Part shown: positions 59,601 to 64,000 of the stretch, in pieces
Numbering within the stretch: position 1 is the stretch's first letter
How the letters are laid out: each line of letters begins with the position of its first letter
IMG/VR virus record: IMGVR_UViG_3300025407_001324
Strand: one strand, 5' to 3'
Length of the DNA stretch: 64,000 nt
DNA from: an uncultured virus (IMG/VR IMGVR_UViG_3300025407_001324)
Lineage: Duplodnaviria > Heunggongvirae > Uroviricota > Caudoviricetes
Translations under genes and position numbers: made by a program
The notes under the pieces: model-generated
Database searches by the model: none
What the model was told of the DNA's origin: nothing
What the model saw: only the letters and a program-made list of their open reading frames with translations

Positions 59601-62600
59601 CAGCACTTAATGTACCACCGGTTGTTGCACTAGTATTAACTGTTAGTGCATTTACTGTTGCATTACCACTAATACTTTCTGTAGAACCAATAATGTTTGT
59701 AAATGTACCAGTGTTTGGTGTTGCGTTACCAATTGGAGTATTTTGTACACCACCAGCTGCATTTAATGTGCTACCAACTGTTGCACTAGTGTTAACAGTC
59801 ATTGCATTAACTGTTGCATTACCACTGATACTTTCTGTTGTACCGATCAATGTTGTGAATGTACCTGTATTTGGGGTAGCATTACCAATTGGAGTATTTT
59901 GGATACCGCCGGTAATTGTAATACCATTTGTAGTTAATGTACCTGTTACTGTAGCATTAGCCATTGTAGCAGTTCCGCTTACACCCAATGTAGACATTGT
60001 AGCAGAATTGTTAACTGTCAATGCATTTACGGTAGCATTTGCTTGGACATCTAATGTGCTGCTACCATAGATAGCAGAGCTAAACAATGATCCAATGTGT
60101 AAAGAATCGAGTTGTACATTAGGATTTGTTACATCAACTAATCCACCACCGGGTTCAGCTGCATTACTGAACAAATACCAAGTCATGTCTGCGTGGTCAC
60201 GTACCAAACCAGTATGTTGATATACATTTGCATTAGCATCAGCATATGTGCCACCAATATAGTGACTGTAAATACCAATTTCATAATTGTATGGATATGG
60301 TGTATTAGCAGTCAAATACAACAATGGATCGGTTATACTTAGTATTGTAGAATTTGTTGATGCAAGATTTGGAACATACAATGTACCACCAACATACAAA
60401 TCTTTACTAATACTTGCGCCACCAACAACAGTCAATGCACCAGTACCTACACCAGTTGAATTTTGTACTCCAAGTACACTAACTGTGCTTGAAGACTCTA
60501 AGCCATTGGCTGAAATGTTACCAGCTTGGATGTTACCTTGAACTTCCAATGTAGTTCCAATTACTGCACTAGTATTAACTGTTAAACCGTCAACAGTAGC
60601 ATTGCCACTATCGTTAAGGCTTGTGCTATTCAAGTTTGTAAAGTAACCAGCAGCTGCAGTTACATTACCAATTACTGTATTTTGGATACCAGCAGTAGCA
60701 CTTAATGTACCACCTACTGTAGTAGAGTTATTAACACTTAATGCATTAACTGTAGCATTTCCGCTACCAGTAATTGCAGTACCGGTAACTGCTCCGTTAC
60801 TATGCAATACGTTAACTGTAGCAGTTCCGCTGGCGTTAACTGTAGTAAATGCACCAGTATTTGGTGTAATTGTACCAATTGGTGTATTTTCTATGCTGCT
60901 TGCACTCAATGTACTACCAATTGTAGCGGTATTATTAACACTCAATGCATTGATTGTTGCGTTGGCCTGTACAGTTAATGAATCACCAACTGTAGCAGTA
61001 CTGCTAGTTGCCAATGTTGCACCTGTTAATGCAGCCCCTGTGTTACCAATAGTAGCTGCATTTACTGTGTCAGTAACTACACTACCATTTACATTTAATG
61101 TAGCAGTACTTGAAGTAAATCTAAATCCTGCATTAGCGCCAATCAATCCGCTGTTATTATATTGAACTTGTGTATCATTACCTGCTGCACTGACTGCACC
61201 AGATATTGAACCAGCAATATTACCTACCAAATAGTAGCCTGATGCAATATTTACGTTACCGCCAGTAACACCCAATGTTCCGCCAATTGTTGCATTAGAA
61301 TTAACTGTTAATTGATTAGTTGTAGTGTTTCCGCTGATGTTTGCAGATATTGCAAATATTGTGTTTACACCACTGATATTACCAGTTCCTGAAGAGCCTG
61401 CAGTAATCAAGTTACCAACTGTAGCATTTCCAGTAACACCCAATGTTGTACCAATAGTAGCACTAGTATTAACAGTTAAACCGTTAACTGTGGAATTACC
61501 ACTAACGCTTTCAGTAGAACCAACGATGTCAGTAAATGTACCAGTAGCAGGAGTAACTGTACCGATTGGAGTATTTTCTAAACTACCAGCACTTAGTGTA
61601 TCTTGTATTACTGCACTTGTGTTGACTGTCAAGCCATTAACTATTAGGTTACCGCTATTGTTAACACTTGTGCTATATAGATTATTAAAATAACCATCAG
61701 CTGCAGTTACATTACCAATTACAGTATTTTGGATACCAGCAACTGCTTGCAGTGTTGCACCAACTGTAGCTGAATTGTTAACTGCCAATGCATTAACTGT
61801 AGCATTTCCACCAATGTTTAATGTTGTACCGCCACTAATTGCTTGAGTGGCATTTAAGTTTGTAAAGTAACCAGCAGCTGCAGTTACATTACCAATTACC
61901 GTATTTTGGATACCAGCAACTGCTTGTAGTGTTGTACCAAATGTGCCGCTGTTATTAACAGTTAGTCCGTTAACCGTAGCATTAGCATTGGCATTCAATG
62001 TGCCTGTAGCGACTCCTACTCCGAATGTACCGTTTTGTGCATATAGATTAGTAACATTAGCATATGTACCAATCAAGTTACCGTATAATACTCCGCTACT
62101 GATATCAGTGTTAAACGAAGTCAATGATACACCAGTATTTGACAAATTAATTTGATTGCCGATACCTGAGTTAATCAATACATTGCCGTTATTATCTAAG
62201 CTGATATTAGCAGTACCGATGTAAATTGTATTTCCGCCAACATATAGACTCTTAAATCTATTTGTTGAATTTCCTAATGTGTATGTTAAATCTGCAGTAG
62301 GAATAATATTGCCAGTAGTTCTAATTCCAGAACCAGCATTAATTATTCCGCTAGCATTAACAACTGTAAAGTTAGCAGAAGTTGCTTGTACATTACCAAT
62401 TACTGTATTTTGGATACCAGCAACTGCTTGTAGCGTTGTACCAACTACTGCACTAGTATTGACTGTTAATCCATTTACTACTGCATTACCGCTGATACTT
62501 TCTGTTGTACCAATCAATGTTGTGAATGTACCTGTTGCAGGAGTAATTGTACCAATTGGTGTATTTTCCAAGCTGCTTGCACTTAATGTGCTTCCGATAG

Positions 62601-64000
62601 TAGCTGTATTATTAACACTCAATGCATTGATTGTTGCATTACCGCTAGTATTGAAACTTGTACCTGTTAATGTTGTAAATGTACCAGTACTTGCAATAGC
62701 ATTACCAATTGGAGTATTTTGAATACCACCTGTAATTGTAATGCCGTTTGTAGTTAATGTGCCTGTTACTGTTGCATTTCCAGCAGTAACATTGGCCAAT
62801 GATGTAGCACCAGAAACTCCTAATGTAGTTCCGATTGTAACTGAATTATTAACACTCAATCCATCAACTGTAGCATTTGCACTACCGTTGACTGTAGTAA
62901 ATTGTGCAGTAGTACCTGTAACTGCTCCGTTACTGGTCAATGCGTTAACTGTGGCAGTTCCGCCAACATTTAATGTACTGCTACCAGCAATTGTAGTAAA
63001 CCGACCTGAACTGGCAGTTACATTACCAATTGGGGTATTTTGGATACCAGCAACTGCTTGTAATGTTGTGCCAATTACTGCACTAGTATTAACAGTTAAA
63101 CCGTCAACTGTTAAATTGCCACTACCGTTAATTGTAGTAAATTGTGCAGAAGTACCAGTAACTGAACCATTGCTAACAATAGTAGCTGCAGTTACATTAC
63201 CAGAAGCATTAATGTCTGTAAAGAAACCAACATTTGCTCCGCCTACACCAACTGGGCCAAGAATAGCAGTAGAAGCTGTAACTGTTGCACCTTGTAATGC
63301 AGCACCGGTGTTACCAATTACACTTGCTTGAACTTTGTTTGCGTTAATTGTGTTTGTTACTGTTAAGTTACCTAATGTACCAACAGTAGTAATATTGCTT
63401 TGAACACCGCTAGCAGAATCTAATGTACCAGTTAACAATGCACCAGTATTACCAATTTGTGCAGCATTTAGTGTACCTGCATAAGCAGTAGTGAAATAAG
63501 CAGTAGTTGGAGTAACATTACCAATTACTGTATTTTGTAAGCCGCCTTGAGCTTGTAGTGTTGTACCAACAACTGCACTAGTATTGACTGTTAAGCCATT
63601 TACAGTAGAGTTACCACTTACACTTTCAGTGTTTGCAGTTAATGTTGTAAAATTGCCTGTGCTTGGTATTGCATTACCAATTGGAGTATTTTGCAAACCA
63701 CCGCTTAGACTAATACTCGGAGCATTTAATATGCCAGTTACAGATAAATTAGCAACTGTTGTGTTTCCAGTTACACCCAATGTACCAGTAATAGTAGCTG
63801 AGTTGTTAACGCTCAATGAATTAACTGTTGCATTGCCTGTAGCACTCAGTGTGCTGACAATGGCAGTATTGCCACCAGCTGAACCCAATGTACCATTTAA
63901 TGGGCCTTGGAATCCGCTAACTGCAGAGAATGTATCACCGCTAAAAGTTGCGCCTAAATTTCCAAACGATTGAGCTTGGACACTAGTACCGTATAAAGTA
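56626..64000 (-). CDS. Giant repeat tail fibre/baseplate-associated protein (>2450 aa), 5' end outside the window
   Basis: Frame stays open beyond 63888 to the window edge (TLYGTSVQAQSFGNLGATFSG...). Repeats of about 50 aa GIQNTPIGNxTxxxGxFTxL...GNATVNxLTVN; C-terminal PTGTTAQRP, GDGTTTVFTL/NGVLQEP and IDTW...AAKYII modules of myophage tail proteins. Confidence 0.85.
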   Translation of the reverse strand, partial: TLYGTSVQAQSFGNLGATFSGDTFSAVSGFQGPLNGTLGSAGGNTAIVSTLSATGNATVNSLSVNNSATITGTLGVTGNTTVANLSVTGILNAPSISLSGGLQNTPIGNAIPSTGNFTTLTANTESVSGNSTVNGLTVNTSAVVGTTLQAQGGLQNTVIGNVTPTTAYFTTAYAGTLNAAQIGNTGALLTGTLDSASGVQSNITTVGTLGNLTVTNTINANKVQASVIGNTGAALQGATVTASTAILGPVGVGGANVGFFTDINASGNVTAATIVSNGSVTGTSAQFTTINGSGNLTVDGLTVNTSAVIGTTLQAVAGIQNTPIGNVTASSGRFTTIAGSSTLNVGGTATVNALTSNGAVTGTTAQFTTVNGSANATVDGLSVNNSVTIGTTLGVSGATSLANVTAGNATVTGTLTTNGITITGGIQNTPIGNAIASTGTFTTLTGTSFNTSGNATINALSVNNTATIGSTLSASSLENTPIGTITPATGTFTTLIGTTESISGNAVVNGLTVNTSAVVGTTLQAVAGIQNTVIGNVQATSANFTVVNASGIINAGSGIRTTGNIIPTADLTYTLGNSTNRFKSLYVGGNTIYIGTANISLDNNGNVLINSGIGNQINLSNTGVSLTSFNTDISSGVLYGNLIGTYANVTNLYAQNGTFGVGVATGTLNANANATVNGLTVNNSGTFGTTLQAVAGIQNTVIGNVTAAAGYFTNLNATQAISGGTTLNIGGNATVNALAVNNSATVGATLQAVAGIQNTVIGNVTAADGYFNNLYSTSVNNSGNLIVNGLTVNTSAVIQDTLSAGSLENTPIGTVTPATGTFTDIVGSTESVSGNSTVNGLTVNTSATIGTTLGVTGNATVGNLITAGSSGTGNISGVNTIFAISANISGNTTTNQLTVNSNATIGGTLGVTGGNVNIASGYYLVGNIAGSISGAVSAAGNDTQVQYNNSGLIGANAGFRFTSSTATLNVNGSVVTDTVNAATIGNTGAALTGATLATSSTATVGDSLTVQANATINALSVNNTATIGSTLSASSIENTPIGTITPNTGAFTTVNASGTATVNVLHSNGAVTGTAITGSGNATVNALSVNNSTTVGGTLSATAGIQNTVIGNVTAAAGYFTNLNSTSLNDSGNATVDGLTVNTSAVIGTTLEVQGNIQAGNISANGLESSSTVSVLGVQNSTGVGTGALTVVGGASISKDLYVGGTLYVPNLASTNSTILSITDPLLYLTANTPYPYNYEIGIYSHYIGGTYADANANVYQHTGLVRDHADMTWYLFSNAAEPGGGLVDVTNPNVQLDSLHIGSLFSSAIYGSSTLDVQANATVNALTVNNSATMSTLGVSGTATMANATVTGTLTTNGITITGGIQNTPIGNATPNTGTFTTLIGTTESISGNATVNAMTVNTSATVGSTLNAAGGVQNTPIGNATPNTGTFTNIIGSTESISGNATVNALTVNTSATTGGTLSAAGGLQNTIIGNGTAAAATVTTLIATTESVSGNSTVNGLTVNTSATTGGTFNAAGGVQNTPIGNATPNTGLFTTLTSTGNTTVNALTVNASATTGGTLSAAGGLQNTIIGNGTAAAATVTTLIATTESVSGNSTVNGLTVNASATVGTTLGVTGNLIAGNISTAGTAGTGNITGVNTLFTINTQITGTETANVITANTLTVTGFTTLANANVQNANVTGTLTTNGITITGGLQNTPVGNATASTGTFTTLTGTSFNTSGNATINALSVNNTATIGSTLSASSLENTPIGTITPATGTFTTLIGTTESISGNATVNGLTVNTSATTGGTFNAAGGVQNTPIGNGTASTGTFTTLTGTSFNTSGNATVNALFSNGAVTGTGATFTSESVSGNATVNGLTVNTSAVVGTTLRAVAGIQNTVIGNVTAADGYFNNLYSTSFTDSGNATVNGLTVNTSATITGTLGVTGNVSLANLSVLGTFQAPSINLAAGLQNTPVGNATPSTGAFTNLTSYSFTTNGNVVSNGNITTNGLTVNVNATVGGTLGVTGNLQASIINASTGLYTNGYFYANGTPLNFSAAGSTYDVQYNNGGALAADTGNFYYQSSTLYAPSLNLTGGFSACTASSITGTLTTYNSLPDIDDTYTLGTTNQAWENVYTYGISASADGLQLVVNPSQLGNDFIVNGNAKANIFYVNANVGTASFGTSTQTANALVSFNSTNSILVPTGTTAQRPSIGANGMIRFNTTTASLEFYADGGWQSAGSQFTPVVANLQTGDGTTTVFTLPANATTSGTMVSINGVLQEPNNAYSVSGNQLTFTEAPQSTDVIDFRIVTTTQTVVATNGATTDVAGTTGVFTDVTTGDQTVTFKNNGTTTVTIDPNGYLDLKANGIISSTASVTVSNTGTTIDTWSGTTYKAAKYIITARNSGSTVWTAAESLVVTDGSSNATITTYGIVNAGSNTPQITMSVSISGGNVSVTATGATSGTVVNFSKTYIVGS

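Noticed and set aside
58406..60070. 554-aa + strand ORF and similar V/P/L/T-rich antisense ORFs
   Set aside because: Codon-aligned antisense shadows of the Thr/Gly/Asn/Ala-rich fibre genes.
18564..64000. Diversity-generating retroelement template/variable repeat pair
   Set aside because: No reverse transcriptase in the window; the duplicated blocks are all coding and the mismatches inspected were not adenine-specific. A template elsewhere in the genome cannot be excluded.
1..64000. Stop-codon reassignment, as seen in some large phages
   Set aside because: Genes tile densely in the standard code, and TAG (15168, 29953, 38618) and TGA (8943, 11432) end genes at sensible boundaries.

Overview
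This window comes from a large, AT-rich T4-like (myovirus) phage genome and covers part of its virion morphogenesis region. The left end holds the 5' part of a tail sheath gene, an HNH/Zn-finger ORF, a dNMP kinase, neck and tail-completion genes (gp13/gp14/gp15-like) interrupted by a three-gene cassette with perfect sigma70 promoters, and a NUDIX hydrolase. From about 8.9 to 18.5 kb there is a compact minus-strand modification cluster: three 2OG-Fe(II) oxygenases, GT10- and GT4-type glycosyltransferases, GDP-mannose 4,6-dehydratase, a DegT-type aminotransferase, an acyltransferase, a cupin, an APS kinase, a SAM methyltransferase and a sulfotransferase-TPR-glycosyltransferase fusion. This cluster lies directly downstream of about 45 kb of giant fibre/adhesin genes: a 3779-aa FN3/RCC1 protein, four collagen-like proteins and long repeat fibres, all rich in N-X-S/T sequons, and the collagens also in Gly-Pro-Thr triplets. 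The main hypothesis (inference) is a phage-encoded system that glycosylates, acylates, methylates and sulfates its own fibres. The intergenic DNA shows T4-like late promoters (TAAATA), probable leaderless transcripts, composite terminator/promoter elements and an RBS-sequestering hairpin. All assignments are from motif recognition by eye; no database searches were run.
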